Below, piece after piece: positions 36,331 to 50,084 of a stretch of DNA of 64,000 nt. Origin of the DNA: Octopus sinensis (Eukaryota); assembly GCF_006345805.1 (NCBI RefSeq), contig NC_043012.1, forward strand, positions 29,078,001 through 29,142,000. Reading direction: 5' to 3'. Numbering within the stretch: the stretch's first letter is position 1; each line of letters starts with the position of its first letter. Under the pieces are notes generated by a model that ran no database searches, had not been told where the DNA came from, and saw nothing but the letters and a program-made list of their open reading frames with translations. A program made the position numbers and the translations under genes.

Positions 36331-36751
36331 TCGCTATTTATCTAAATTGCATGTTTTTTAATGCTTTTTTGCAGAGTTTCGGAAAGTGGTGGTAAGGCGG
36401 GGGGGGGGGGCATTGTGCTCTGAAATTCCCTAATTTTTCTTTTTTAATGTTATCAACTACAATCGTAATCTATCCCAGTTTTGTGATGTAAATAATTATC
36501 CTTCTTGATTTTGATTCCTTAAAAGATGTTATACTCTTGTGCAAACTATACCAGATTTAACCTCAAGGAAGAGCTGAAGAGAATCGGTATTGTTAACTCA
36601 CTTAATATAAAAAAAATATATTAAACTTGCTAATTAATTAATCCATTAATTTCCATTTTATATTTAGCGTGATGTTTATTAATATAAGGGAGGTAACTCT
36701 TGTTTTTGTTACTCCCCGTGAAAATTATCTCTAATTTCTTCCTTTTTCCAG

Positions 36752-36801
36752 TATATTTGTGCACTACTGAGTCAGTTAGAAGAATTAAAGAAATCGCCAA
36801 G
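36752..36801 (+). CDS. USE1: USE1 coding exon 2 (YICALLSQLEELKKSP)
   Basis: Acceptor tttttccAG, donor GTAATG. 50 nt, phase 0 to 2. Aligns to the USE1 YVGALEDMLQALK segment. Confidence 0.9.
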
Positions 36802-37482
36802 GTAATGTAGCTTTCTTCACACTTCTTGTCACTGCATCGACATCTTTTACGAATGTAATAAAACTTTTTTTTAAAGCCAGTTATTCAATTAAAACTTCAA
36901 ATCAGCGGAAAATGCGTACCACCTGGTGCTCTTTCTCTTTGTATCATATCTTGCATCTCTCAGGTATGGCCGCATGGTTAAGAAGTTCGCTTCGCAATCA
37001 CATAGTTTTGGATACGATCTCTTTATCCTGCATCAGACATAGTCTTGAGTCGTCTCAAATCTTAGTGCTTGCAGTCTGCTATATTGTGATAACTTTGCCA
37101 CTGTGGTTAATCTATATTTAAAACCCGTTGAAAAGCAACGTAGAAATCTGTACGGGGTTGTTTAATATGCGAGAAATATCTTGTGTATCAAGGAGAGTAT
37201 TAGAACCCCTATTTTCGAGCAGTTGACTTGTTTGTCTTAACACCACCACCTAGCCCTTTAGCAGTGTTTGTTGCAGGTATTTGAATTAAGTCTCTTTTCC
37301 CCTCTAACTAAAGCCTTCAAGAAAAGAAGAAAAAAAAAAACAACAAAAAAAGTAGTTTTACAATTGAAATACATTATTAGGAAATATATTTATTAGAAAA
37401 TTCTTCTCTAGCACTGAATTTCACTAAACGGTTTCTGTCCTCTAATGAATTATTACTTCCTTTCATGATGTTTTTTCAACAG

Positions 37483-37561
37483 TTGTCCATCCAAAGAAGA
37501 TATAAATGGCTATGCACGGAAAATCCAGTTTTTGAAAGGCTTGCTGGAAGCTGACAGACTG
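37483..37561 (+). CDS. USE1: USE1 coding exon 3 (CPSKEDINGYARKIQFLKGLLEADRL)
   Basis: Acceptor ttttttcaacAG, donor GTATGT. 79 nt, phase 2 to 0. Aligns to [26 protein letters not shown]. Confidence 0.93.
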
Positions 37562-37694
37562 GTATGTAGTTTCTGCTTGTTAACCTTTACAACTTACTGC
37601 ACTTTTCTACTCCTGTTTTTGTACAGTTTTGTATTTTTGTTTTTAGACTCTTGTAATCTTTTCTTATTTTTTTAAAATTACATTTTCACTTCAG

Positions 37695-37845
37695 CCTGAT
37701 TCATCAGAGAAGATGTTGGCTGCTGAAAAACTTGCTCCAGTCTCGTCTTCTAAAGACATCAATCCGTCAGCAAGTAAAAAGCTTTGCAATTTAACAAAAG
37801 GCAGGTATGAGAAAGAGATGAGAGCAGATCTTTTTGGTAACTCTG
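37695..37845 (+). CDS. USE1: USE1 coding exon 4 (PDSSEKMLAAEKLAP...RYEKEMRADLFGNS)
   Basis: Acceptor ttcacttcAG, donor GTAAGT. 151 nt, phase 0 to 1. Aligns to SSSEKALANQFLAP...RYTSEMRSELLG. Confidence 0.93.
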
Positions 37846-40800
37846 GTAAGTTTCAAGTAGTTTTAAAACCTTCATACAAACCAGGTTATCTTTTCAAGTA
37901 GTTTTTTAATCTCAAAATTTTATGATTGGTTCTGTCATCTCAGCTTGCATGGTGTTGATTTAAGCTCACTAAGAAAGCTGGCTCAGTTTCCTGTCATTTG
38001 TGTCATCTAAAAATAATATTATAACAATTTAAAACTATTCTAATAAATTTACATTATTATTTTTATTTTCTGTAAGGTGTTCATGTATCTATGTCCTTAA
38101 GATGTTCACTTTCTAACGACATATATCTGGGTTTGAACCCACTGCTTGAGTATCTTCTGTTGTAGCCTCAAGTAATCCAATGACTTTGAATGATGGAAAC
38201 TGTCTGAAAAACCTTTTGTTCATGTATATGTTAGGTCTGTGTCTGTGATTATGTTTACCAATGTGTTGAGTGTCATTCCTTTATGTCAAATACATAACTT
38301 AGCAAGTCAGTTAATAGAGATTGATAAAATACTCTCTGCATTGAAATAAGTACAATGGGTTGATGTGATTGAAGTATAGCTGCACTTCAAAATCATCAAT
38401 TAAAATATAATCAGGAATAAGCTTAATTAAATGGTAAATTCAATTGAAAAATGAAATAAGTCAGGTGAAAAAAAAAAAAGAATATTCAAACTTGCTTTTG
38501 ATGAGATAAACCATCAAAAAGCAGTTGTTGACATTTGACATCATTAGATGTACCATAAATGTCTTTGAGAAATGCTTAAGTATTAAACAATCTCATTTTT
38601 TTTTGTCCTTTTTAAATCTTGGATTGTTTCAGTATTACTAGAAGCCCACTGATGTACTTTCACTCCTATTTTCTATGTAGAGAATTTTCTTCTGAGATTA
38701 TTTCTGCTGCAAAAGGTCTTAAAAAACATGTTAAATTTGATTGAACACACGTATCTTTTATTCAATGCTGCTTTGTGCACCTTTTGGTAGCTAATTCCAG
38801 CTTGACCAAGCTTTGCACACACAACAGATGTACTTTTTATTGTTCTTATTATATAAGAACAACCATTCTTATAGTGCTGCAAAAGACTGATTCAGTATTC
38901 TTAGCTAGTGAAGCATAACAGTGCAGAAACAGATGTATCCTGTGATTTGATGACATTATGCATAGCTCAATGGTGTATTTTCACCCATATTGTCTCATCT
39001 TCATCAATATTGGGATCATCATTTCAGATTTTTATTCTGTGCTAGTATAGATTGGGCAGATCTACAAGATCTGTGTTGGGCTCCTGTGTCTTCCTGGGTG
39101 AGGATTCTATGGCTGGATGCCCTTTCTAATACCCACCAATAAGGTGTATTAATTGCTTTTCCTGTGGCACTATCATGAGTGAAGTCACCAAGTAAATTGA
39201 AAAACAAGACCCCTTCATGGAGAGTGAGTGCAGAACTGAGAGAGGTGATTTTGTGGCTGTTGAGAAACTTAAACCTGAAAGGAACAAGTGTCTTGCTGTG
39301 GAGGAGGTACATGGATACCTCAGCAGCATAGGGTGAAAGGAAGGTGGGAATGACATGTCAGGGCACACCCTCAAGGTACAAGATGATGGATAAAGGGAGA
39401 CTAAGGAGAGAGAATTGCAAATTGCTGGGTGTGTATGTAGGTATGTGAAATTGTGAACGGAGAGTGACAGGCAGTAGAGATGAAGATAGAAGTGAACGAT
39501 GAACATGGATGGAATCAGGGACAATAGTGAATCTCAGTTTGGAAGAATGTAAGGAAAACAGAAGTGGATTGATGAGGACAAGGTGATAGGTGATAATGCA
39601 TAAAAAGGGAGTGGTGGAGTAGAACAGTATGATAAAACTCTTGAATGGTGAGACATAGGGAGATAAAGTGTGTGGAGTGTAAGGGAAAATGCACAGTGAC
39701 ACATGGGTCAGAAGCAGACAGTGGTAGATATGAGTTACAAAAAAGATGGTGCATTGCTGGTAGCCATTAGGGTGTGTTCAGTGTAAATACAGATACATTG
39801 GCAAGAGATGGTGATGTTGCATGATGAATTAGCAAGGGATTCCAAGAAGAGGGATTACTGGTAGCACGGAGAGTGGGGGTGGAATATGTGAAACTCTGCT
39901 TTTATACAGCCACAACAACTGGGGAAATAGTGCCATAGTTAGAGGGATGAGAGAGGGATTGGTATTACAAAAATGAATTCCATGGATAAGGCTTAACAAG
40001 TACAAACTGAGTGCAAGGGCAAAAGCATTAATATTCTTTTATGACCTTATTTTTGCTGAGATGGACAGGACTTCTCAAGTACCACAAATCACTAATCATC
40101 TCAATCCTTCTTCATCTTCTCTGTGAAGCTCAACAACCTGAAGTCTGTCTTCACTACTCTGTCCCATATCTTCCTAGGTTTCTCTCTTCTATAAATTCCT
40201 TCAGCCTTAGCAAGCTGCACTTCTTTATGCAACTGTCCTTATCTATGCACATCAACTGACTATACCAGCACTGCTGTTTCTCATGTTTGCTAACTACATC
40301 TGATGCCTCTTATGCCCAGTTTTCCTCTCAATGCACTGACATAGCACATCCAACAGAGCATGTTAGCTTTATTTCTTTCTGAATATCCTATGTCCTCTGC
40401 ATTCACAGCCCATGCATCATTACCATGTAGCATTGCTGTTCATACCCAAACATCATACAATCTGCTTTCTCTTGGAGAGAGACTTTTTGTTACAAGTGGA
40501 GGTACTAGCTCTTTGGACTTTCTCCAGCCTCTTTGTATTCTAGCAACTATATATTCAGAACATCATCTTCCACTGCTAGTTAAGTCACCTAGGTAGCAGA
40601 AACTTGTCTGCTACCTCTAAGGATCCTCTAAGGGCATTCAAGAAAATCCATTTGCCTCTAATAACTTCTAGAATCACACCCCTTTAAATACTTGGCATAA
40701 TTCTCATGTGTTTCTATCATTCTTTGCTTCACTATTGTCCTTTGCTGCTATTTCGATTTTCTTGTGGTAAAGCCAACCACTTATTTGATCACTTCCAGCT

Positions 40801-41499
40801 GTAGGTTATATAAAGAACCCCCTTCGCACATGGTTTCTCTCAAACCTTCTCATCTTGCTCTGCTATTCGACACCTTCATATTACGAGGCGAAATGTCCAG
40901 TCGCTAAGCTAAGAAACATCTCTAGTTTTTAATCGTTCATCAATCTTTTCATTCATTTAATATGTATTACGAACATGCTAATGTTCTTGAGATAAATAAC
41001 TTTGTAACTTGTAATTCGTTACTTCCTCAAATAACTTCTAGAATCATATCACTTTAAATATTTGATATAATTCTCATGTGTTTCTTTGCTTCACTATTGC
41101 CCTTTGCTGCTATTTCGATTTTCTTGTGGCGAAGCTAGCCATTTCTTCCATTTATTGTTTTTGCGATGCGCCCACGCATTCCTGCCCCTACCACCAATGC
41201 TAGAAATCCCTTCTCTTGTACTGGAAATTCCTTCTCTTATACTGGTAATCTCTTCTACCGGTAATCTCCTCCCTTATACCGAAAACTCCCACAGCGCTCT
41301 GCCTCACTTCTGCACAAGAAGACCTATGTACCTCTGTCCCTCCTTCCCATTTAAACCATCTTCCTCCTTTTTCCTCTCCCCCCTCCTCTCTCCATATCAA
41401 TCTATCTACGTAATATCCATTATAATTAGTGTGCTGTCTTTTCCTGCTGAGAAAAGGACTTTTCAGGCCCTTTGCTTCCAGGTTTCGTTTCCACACCTA

Positions 41500-42500
41500 G
41501 AATCTCTTACAGATTCAGTTGTAAGAACAAAGTCAGCTAATCAGTCATATTATTATGACTTGGAGGACAATTATAAACTGGAGCAGACTGAGAGCCAAGC
41601 CCTGGTGAACTCCTACCTGCACACTAAATTCCTCACTGTAAATACTCACCTTATTGACAGCATCCCTGTAAATTCCTTGGACTCTGCCATCACCAGCCAT
41701 TTATCTACTATCTTCTGCAGTGACCAACAGATCAGGGAACAAGGACCCCTCTTGAGGGCTTTTTCCAGGTTGATAAAAGGGGTTTACTTTTGGTTAAATA
41801 GTAAGAGAGCACCAGTAGTACTTCCTGGCTCAAAGCTGAACTACATCTCATCTATTATGATGTTCTTCCTAATTAGTTGAGCTATCTTTCTGTCACTTTC
41901 AAGGTATGACCCAGCAATTTAATACCTCTAATTACTCCTCTTAGGTATCTCTTTAATCCTTGTAGTAGTTAACTATAATGCTGGAGTCATAGAGTCTGTA
42001 CAACTTAGCTATGTAGGTGACAAGGCTGTCTCCCACTCATGGCCATCTCAGCAGGAATTCCTGATTTACCAGAGGCATTTTCAGTCTTCATATCCTTAAT
42101 TTCATACTGCTATCAATTAAAGTGGTTCTTCTCTCTTTTCGGCTTCACTCTTGGAAAGTTCTCTTTCTCCATCTGCATTCTCCATGTTTAAGCAGCCTTT
42201 TATAGTCATACTTCCATGCCTTTTTTTCTTTTCAGAATCACAAAGTGCAAGTATATCCATCTGCACAAACATCTTGATTTTCTCTGAAACACAGTTTCCC
42301 AATCCAGAATACTTCATGCTTTTGGTCCTCATGCTGTGAAACGTTGGCAAACCTTTTCCTTTCTGCTTCTTCCTTTGCTAAGTATATGTGTTGACTAGTT
42401 TCTCTTCTAGCAGCTACCTGCTTTAATTCTCTGCTACCCCCATTCTTCCAGTGCATCCAAGACTGTCTCTTTACATTTATAGTTCTGTCTACTTCACCAT
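41500..42500 (-). mobile_element. Old RTE LINE fragment in USE1 intron 4
   Basis: Decayed IDEM.FSFEPGSTT...NLEKA and WKNGGSRE..ARRE...EAERKRFANV motifs. Confidence 0.55.
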
Positions 42501-44908
42501 TTCAGTCTTTCTTCCAACAGTTTTTCTGCAGTGAAAGGTCTTCTTACGTACGTCTGAGTGTACATGAACATGATAAATATGTTTGTTCTTGGAATATGAA
42601 AAAAGAAAAAAAAAAACAGTGTAAGAATTTACTTTGATAGGATGTTATTCTATATACAGAGTTTTGTCCCTTAGATCCATGAGCCAGGTTGGTTTATCGT
42701 ATATCAAATAAAACAATGTTTGGTTGAATGGTTAGCGAGAAAAGAAGGTGAAAATAATCATATTGATAGGTGTAAAATATATTTGTTACTTAAATGAATA
42801 GAGGCACGAAAAACAGCCATCAAAAGGCAGACTGGTCTCATTCAACAGTTCTAAAACATATTTAATGAAAACATTGCCAGAATGTCATAACCTCACAATT
42901 CCCAGCTAAAATTGTATTGCCCCCCTCTGAAAATTTTAGAATTCACTGTTTGATGGTCTTACAGTGTTTGAAAACACATGTATTTCACACGACTGATAGT
43001 GCACTGTAAGTTTGCTTGTCATGGCCAGAATTGGCAACATTGAGTGACTATCGGTACAAAGACCTTTTCACAGTCACAATTACGTAAAACAGTTGGTGAC
43101 TGTTAAAACAAGAGATATATAAATTCTACTAGAGTACTGTTCACATATTGCTTACAGAAAAATTTAAGCTGACCACTGAGCTTTTTCAAGGCAGCTTATA
43201 TTCTTTGTCAATATGTAAGTGGATTTCTTAAGTTGATTGCATGTAATTTGTATCTTGTTTGTTTATTTAATTCAGGCAATATTGTTTAGTGATACATCCA
43301 ACAAATGTTTGTGGGTGCTACAAAAACACCACAAACACATGCACACAGTCTAGACAACATGCGTAAAAGATGTCTGCATGTGGTTGCAAGCAACATCAAT
43401 TTAAGAAAGCCTACAAAAGTCCAAGACTTTGCACCTCCTCCTCTTACCTCTGTGTCCATCATACAAACTTACTGAATTATAGCCTTCCACGAAATTTTAT
43501 GTTATGTCCCTAATTATGAGCTTAATAATGACAAAGTTATCTTACTAAGTTTCTTGTTATTTTCAAATTAATAGTAAGAAGGTTGAGTATTCAAATAGAA
43601 ATATAACAAGCAGGTTGATAATAATAACAACAATAATAAAATATTCTATCTCCATTACTCCTTCCCATTTTTTCTAAAGCCCTCATTCTTCAGTCACCAA
43701 CAACTCCTTTATAGGTACTCAATCTCCAACATTCTTCCACAGCTGCACAATTACTCACACTCTTCTGCTTTTGCTCAGTTATCAGAACTCTTCTACTAGA
43801 TCTTTCTTTATAAACCTTCTTCTTTTAACTTTATCTATTTCTAAGAACACTCTGAGTATATGCAATCTCCTTCTCACTTAAACATCCTTGTCCTTCTTTC
43901 TCCTTGCCCAATCATTACCTCCTTCCCAGATCTTACACATAGTGTCCACTCCTTTCCATTCAGAACTGAAGCCATCTGTATCATCCTTTTGCTTCAGATA
44001 TTCTCATCACTCACCAAATTATTGGTATATTGGAGCTGAGTTGGCCAGTATTATTCAACAAGAAACTATCTTCATTCACCATTTTTATTGTAAAATAATA
44101 AGCAGCTGTTATGATTGATTTGTAGCTTCTATAAATGTTTTATTAATCCTAACTTCTATAAAACAATAATAGGGTTCCTATTGGGCTGGTGGCTATGTTA
44201 AAAGAGAGAATACTTCTAAATATGTCCAGTTGTGTAATATTTAAGCCAACGGAGGGTAAACTTTCCTTTGTCAAGAATTATGGTTTATTGGGATTAATAC
44301 TATTAGATGATCTGATGCCTTCCCTTGACAGCAAAGTAAACATTATGAATGTAGGGTTGTGAGTGAAACACCAATACTTAACACATACTGTGAAATTGGA
44401 TTCAGGATCTATGAGTTGGTATCTGATAATGTATCTAATCAGAAGGGGAGATATAAATCTTTATAAACAATCACTTTATGAGAGAAGATAATTGTCATCA
44501 TGATGATCATCATCATTTTATGTCTACTTTCGAATCTGGTATGGGCTGGATGGGTCATCATAACTTTGGTCAATTCTTATTTGGAGTTACTGACTGCCGA
44601 AATGAAATGGAGGACTACATCTTCCTTGTACATTCTGTTTTTGACATGGTTTCTACTGTTGGAGCCCTTCCAGACATCAACCACTTCACTGAGTGTACTG
44701 GGTGCATTTTATCATGACACCAGTGCTAGAGAGGTTGTCATATCCTTGAAAAGATTAAAGGTTCATCTTGACCCAGCATTGAACCTGCTCATTCACTCAC
44801 TACATTACTAGCTATACTGGATGCATTTTTTCATGACATATTCTGCCATATTCTATACACTTTTCTTTATGTTTGTGACTACATATGAACAATTTTTTTT
44901 TCTTGTAG

Positions 44909-45090
44909 ACACTTCAGCTACTGGTGATTTACGTCAAAGAAAGTCTACTGAAAATGACACTGACTTAGATACCATTTTACAACATTGCAATCAGATGCAA
45001 GGCAAACTGGCTGAGGAAATGCTCATGTTAACAAGAAACCTAAAAGAGAATGTGTCTGCTGCAAGCCGAATTGTCAAAGATGATCTCAGA
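44909..45090 (+). CDS. USE1: USE1 coding exon 5 (SNARE coiled coil: LDTILQHCNQMQGKLAEEMLMLTRNLKENVSAASRIVKDD)
   Basis: Acceptor tttttttcttgtAG, donor GTAAGA. 182 nt, phase 1 to 0. Aligns to [29 protein letters not shown]. Confidence 0.94.
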
Positions 45091-45379
45091 GTAAGAACCA
45101 TCTCTATTCTGTCTGTTGGTGGAGGAGGCTAACAAAACTTCTCAACTTTTGGTTTTTCAGCTGTTCATTTAGGGTCAGTAAATTATTGGTAGTTATTAAC
45201 TAAACAACGTTCTCAAGTAAAGAATTGTCAGTTGAGAAGAAACATTGATGGGTAAAGGCGATGGAGGCTGAGCCTCATGAAAAAGGGGATGATTTACTGT
45301 AACATATTTGTATCTCTTTGTGTCTGTGTGTATGTGTGTTATTGTTGGCTCTGGAGGAAGGAGCAGTGCCTATAGCCTT

Positions 45380-46400
45380 CGTAGGTTATCCTAGACTGGC
45401 AAGATTGGTGTTATTAATGTTTCTCTTGAACTTTTGTAAATTAACAGCTGTGGGAAATATATAGGGAGGGAATACCAATGAAACAACATTTTAGGAAGAA
45501 GAGACTGGGTATAATGGTAAGTGCAGAGCCTAGAAATGAGGTTCCATGCAACAAAGGTGAAGAGGAGAGACAAGTAGAACAGGATTGCTTGAGGTGAGGT
45601 AGTATGCGTCCAGCCAACTCCAAGGTACTGAGGTCATTACAGTAGAGAGAAGAGACAGTGTGCCCATGGAGCAGGCACACTACATGTCTCTGCGAATGAA
45701 TTTATGACACTTGAGCTGTGTAGAGAATTTATAATTGTTGGGAGTTGAAGTATCTTCTGGCTCTACAGAAGTCATATTTGTGCTTATTGAGAAAAGCCAG
45801 ATATCCAAAAAACTGGAGAACTTCAGTATTAAAGGCAGTCTCCATTATTTTTTGAGGCTTGGAATGTGACTGCAATGAAATGATAATTGGAAGGTCAGAG
45901 GAATTGTCTTTCTTGGAATGGGATAACTTAGCATGTTCCCAAAGATCTGGATATAGCTCTGTAGAAAGGGAGAAAATGAAAAGTTTGGGGAGTATAGGAA
46001 CTAGCAATGTTTGAGGGTAATGGAAAGGAACAGCAACGGGAGCAGTGCCTTTGTTGGTTTGAATTAACTGAAGCTACTTTTGTGCGTGTGTTCATGCAAA
46101 ATGACCGAAGGGGATGCGATTGGAGATTTGCCAAGTGTGTGTAGTGTGGAGTTGGGTGCAAAAAGGAAATCTTTCTCTCCAGAGGTTCCTGCTCACAAAA
46201 CTGTTCTGGCTTTGATATGGAATTAAAGGGGATGCTGCAAAATTGTTGGAAATTCTTTTTGGTGGTATGGAACTGGAAATATTGGTTGCAATTTAGAAAT
46301 TGGGAAAGATTGAGTAATGTACAAAGTCATCTTCCATGATTCAAGAGGCTGAAGAGATGCTGGTAATTGCAAGAGTTATGACATTTGAGGTAGTGAGGGA
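45380..46400 (-). mobile_element. Old CR1/L2-like RT fragment in USE1 intron 5
   Basis: LPKLF..SLST..YPDLWEHAKL..KKD.SSD...ISL...KIMET..N...HKYDFCRAR. Confidence 0.55.
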
Positions 46401-46653
46401 GAGAAACTTAAATGGGGATACACATATTGTTATCTTTGGGGATGGTCATTTTTCTTGTCTTGCCTACACAAGCAGTACATACTCGTTCTTCACTTCAGCT
46501 TTATTATTATTATTGTTTTAGTGTCCTTTGTCTGAAATCTTTCATCACACCTCCTGTGACCTCTTCAGCAATTCTCTATCCAGTGTGTTTCCTCCTGTTC
46601 TATTTAGTCTATTCTGTCTTTCTGTGGTGTGCATCCTCATTTGTATCAGCATG

Positions 46654-46692
<39 letters not shown>

Positions 46693-46771
46693 ATAATTTG
46701 AGGGAATATTATTCCTAACTTATAAGGAAAAATTCAATTTCACAAAATCAAATTTCACAAAATATAATATA

Positions 46772-47080
46772 TATATAAAAATTAGAAAAAACCCACCTTT
46801 TATCAATCCAAAATGAACAATTAAATTACACCATCTAGAAAATTACATATAATAGAAATATAAAAAATAAAATAGCAATAATATACCGATGATTAAGTAA
46901 ATTATTACATATATATTACCAAATATATATGTTTTTATTATTATTTTGCAATTTACTTAATCATCGGTATTTTATTGTTATTTTATTTTTTATATTTCTA
47001 TTATATGTAATTTTCTAGATGGTGTAATTTAATTATTCATTTTGAATTGATAAAAGGTGTTTTTTTTCTAATTTATATAT
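46772..47080. repeat. ~130-bp inverted repeat in USE1 intron 5 between TA tracts
   Basis: Arms 46772-46903 / 46950-47080. Confidence 0.82.
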
Positions 47081-47462
47081 ATATATGGATTTGCTTACTC
47101 CACTATGCCTGTGTCTTTTATTTAGCTGTTTTTTATTTATTTATTTATTTATTTGTTTTTTCTTTCTCATCCTGTCTTAAGTATGTGTATGTGTGTTGTG
47201 TGTATGTATATAGATTTATGTATTATAATGTTTGTGTCTATGTCTTTCCTACATACAACACCATTCTTACATATTGAGCAAGGCTATTTCCCTGGTGGAA
47301 AGAGAGTCTTATCTGCCTTCTTGCTTCCATATCTGGAATTTCTATCCCAGTTCTGTTACAGATTCAGCTATAGGAGTGAGATCCTCAGCATATTGTAGTT
47401 CCCACATGCAGCCAGTGTATGTATGGTGTGTGTGTGTGTGTGTGTATCTTTTATATTTTGCT

Positions 47463-47975
47463 TGTTTCAGACATTAGACTGTGGCCAAGCTGGGGCACCA
47501 CTTTGAAGAATGTTTAGTTGAATGAATCAACCCCAGGACTTACTTTTGTAAACTTGGTACTTATGTCTTTTGTTTTTTTTTTGTCAAACTGCTAATTTAC
47601 AGGAACATAAACACACCAGCAATGGTTGTCAAATAGTGTTGGGGGACAAAGGCCGACAGACAGACAGACACACACGACAGGGTTCTTTAAGTTTCTGTGT
47701 ACTAAATCCACTCACAAGGCTTTGGTTGGCCCAAGGTTATGGTTGAAGACATCTACCCAAGGTACCTCACAGTAGGACTGATCCTGGAACTGGTGTTGGT
47801 GTGTTTATGACCCCATAACTTAGCTGCTTGGCAAAAGAGACCAATAGAATGAGTACCCAGCTTTAAAAAAGTAAGTCCTGGAGTTGATTCATTTGACTAA
47901 AAATTCTTCAAGGCAGCGCCCCAGCATGGCCACAGTCTAATGACTGAAACAGGTAAAAGAATAAAAGTATATACA
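47463..47975. mobile_element. Cluster of SINE fragments in both orientations
   Basis: Tail ccccagcatggccacagtctaatgactgaaaca on + (47916-47951) and on - (47463-47499), with a CORE fragment between. Confidence 0.6.
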
Positions 47976-49619
47976 TATAGAGAGAAAGTCTTCTTGCATT
48001 TTCGTCATGATCCCATTCAGAGCCATTTGTTTAATGCTTTTTTCTGTTCTGATGTTAGTTTCTTTCTGTGCAGATCACTGTATTCAATGGCAGTTGAATT
48101 TGTATCGATTTTGACCCTTTTGAAATCAGACCTATATCAAACACTGTATGCTGTAGGAATTCAGAAGGGTGTCTTCAGTAATAGAAATAGCAAGAAATAT
48201 TTGTTCTGTCTATGGAAATGAAGCTTCAAGAGTTCAGGCATGCCAAAGATGGTTTGGCCAGTTTCACTTGGGAAAATTTTTCTCTCATAGCAGAAAGAAA
48301 ATAAGTGGGTGAGGGGTTAGGAACTAGGTGGGAATGTGAAACTGGGGTAGGGGGTTAAGAAGGGAGGATGTGTGTGTGCGTGTACATGTATATCTGTGTT
48401 TTGAAATGAGCTAAGAGGGTGGGGTGTGTGTAGAGGTGTACAAATGTTAAAGTGAAGCAGCATGGATTAGTTAAGATGGGATGTGTAATCATCATACTTA
48501 TTTTACACCTCTTTTCCCATGCTGCATGAGTGGACAGGCACAGCATCTTGCCACTTGTCACAATCACTTGCCATTTCCTTCACAATATTTTGAGATCAAT
48601 TTTTGCCACTTCTGCCTGTCTCTCTCAATTTGTGCAAGTTCTTTCCATTGAGATTGCTTGATATTAAAATAATAATAATGAAATTATTGTATACAGTGCT
48701 CAGGTGCACCATAACTTGTCAGAAAGTGCGTATAAAGTATATGCAGTAATGTATAAATGTCTGGAAAGCGAACAATGTATGAGTCAGATACATGCTTGTG
48801 TGTATATGGAGGGGAGAAAATCAGGTGTAGTGTTGGCGAATCCCAGAAAGCATGGAAGCCCTGAAGGATGTAGTGCTCCGACAACTAACAACTGATGCCG
48901 GCAGTTTGTCCCCAACTATTATTCTCCTTATACATAACACATCCATGCCCATGTTGTCTCTTTTCTTGCCCACTACTTCTGATTCCTTTTAGTCCTCTCA
49001 CCTATTCTGTGCTCCATCAGTCATACTAACATTACACATTCAGTGGAGTCAGCTTTCAACTTTCACACATTATCCACATTTAATACCTATCTTAGCCTAT
49101 AATGCAGCATTGCAGTTATTATAAAAGCATCATACAATCTTTGCTCTACTTGCAGAGAGAATTCCTTTATTGGTAACAGCTCCCTCAACTTTTTCCACCT
49201 GGTTATTATGCTTTCAGAGCATCCACCTCCACTGCTAATTAGGTCACCTGGAAAAGAGAGAGTGTGAAATATATTTCTGTGCCGTCCTCTGAATATTTAA
49301 AAGTATCTATTTCATTTGTGTACTTATTACTTAACTATTCCTATTCATCTCTTCTTATAATTCCAAGAATTTTGATGTCTGGCTAGAGTAGCTGTTTAAC
49401 TGCCTCTGATATATGGGGCTGAGTAGCTGTGATTAAACTAGTTACTTAGTTTCCATGAATGTTAGATTTGACAGAATTGTTAGGGTTGTAATCTGTTATG
49501 ACTAATGTTTTAGACTGTGAATGAATTGTTTAGGAGACTGGAAACCACTGAGAGGTCAGCTATTAGTAGATTGCAGCTGGCACTTACTAATCTTTAATAG
49601 TCTGGTTATTGTCATCATG

Positions 49620-49995
49620 TAGCCATTGATCAGCTCTGTTGGAGATTTGTAGAATGTAGATAGCTTTCATCTTGTTGCTCAAAAAAGTCATCCACAGCAG
49701 ATATGATACTGTTCCCAGCTAAGTAATTTTTCATGTCAGGGAATAGATGAAAGTCAGATGGGACCAAATCAAGAAAACAGAGAAGTTTAATGCCACAGTC
49801 ATGTACAGTCATTGAAAGCAAGGACTTGTGTGCTGGAGCATTGTCCTGATGAAACAAGACCCCTTTCCTCAGTTTTCCTGGTTGTTTGATCTTGATAGCC
49901 TTTCATAACTGCCTCAGCAAGTTGATATAGTACTCTCCATTGATGGTGTGACCTTTTTGAAGATAGTCAATCAACACAATGCTTTTTGCATCACA
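49620..49995 (-). mobile_element. Mariner transposase remnant
   Basis: IVLIDYLQKGHTINGEYY..LLRQL...FHQDNAPAHKS...DLVPSDFHLFP.MK. Confidence 0.8.
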
Positions 49996-50084
49996 AACCC
50001 TTTTCTGCAGGTACTTGATAAGACTACAATGCCAAATTCTGTCAATTTTTAAGAAAAGTCGCTACTAGTTACTTTTGAAGTCTT

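Noticed and set aside
41086-41880. 264-aa plus-strand ORF in USE1 intron 4
   Set aside because: Largely antisense to an old RTE fragment and pyrimidine-rich sequence; no splice-compatible link to USE1.
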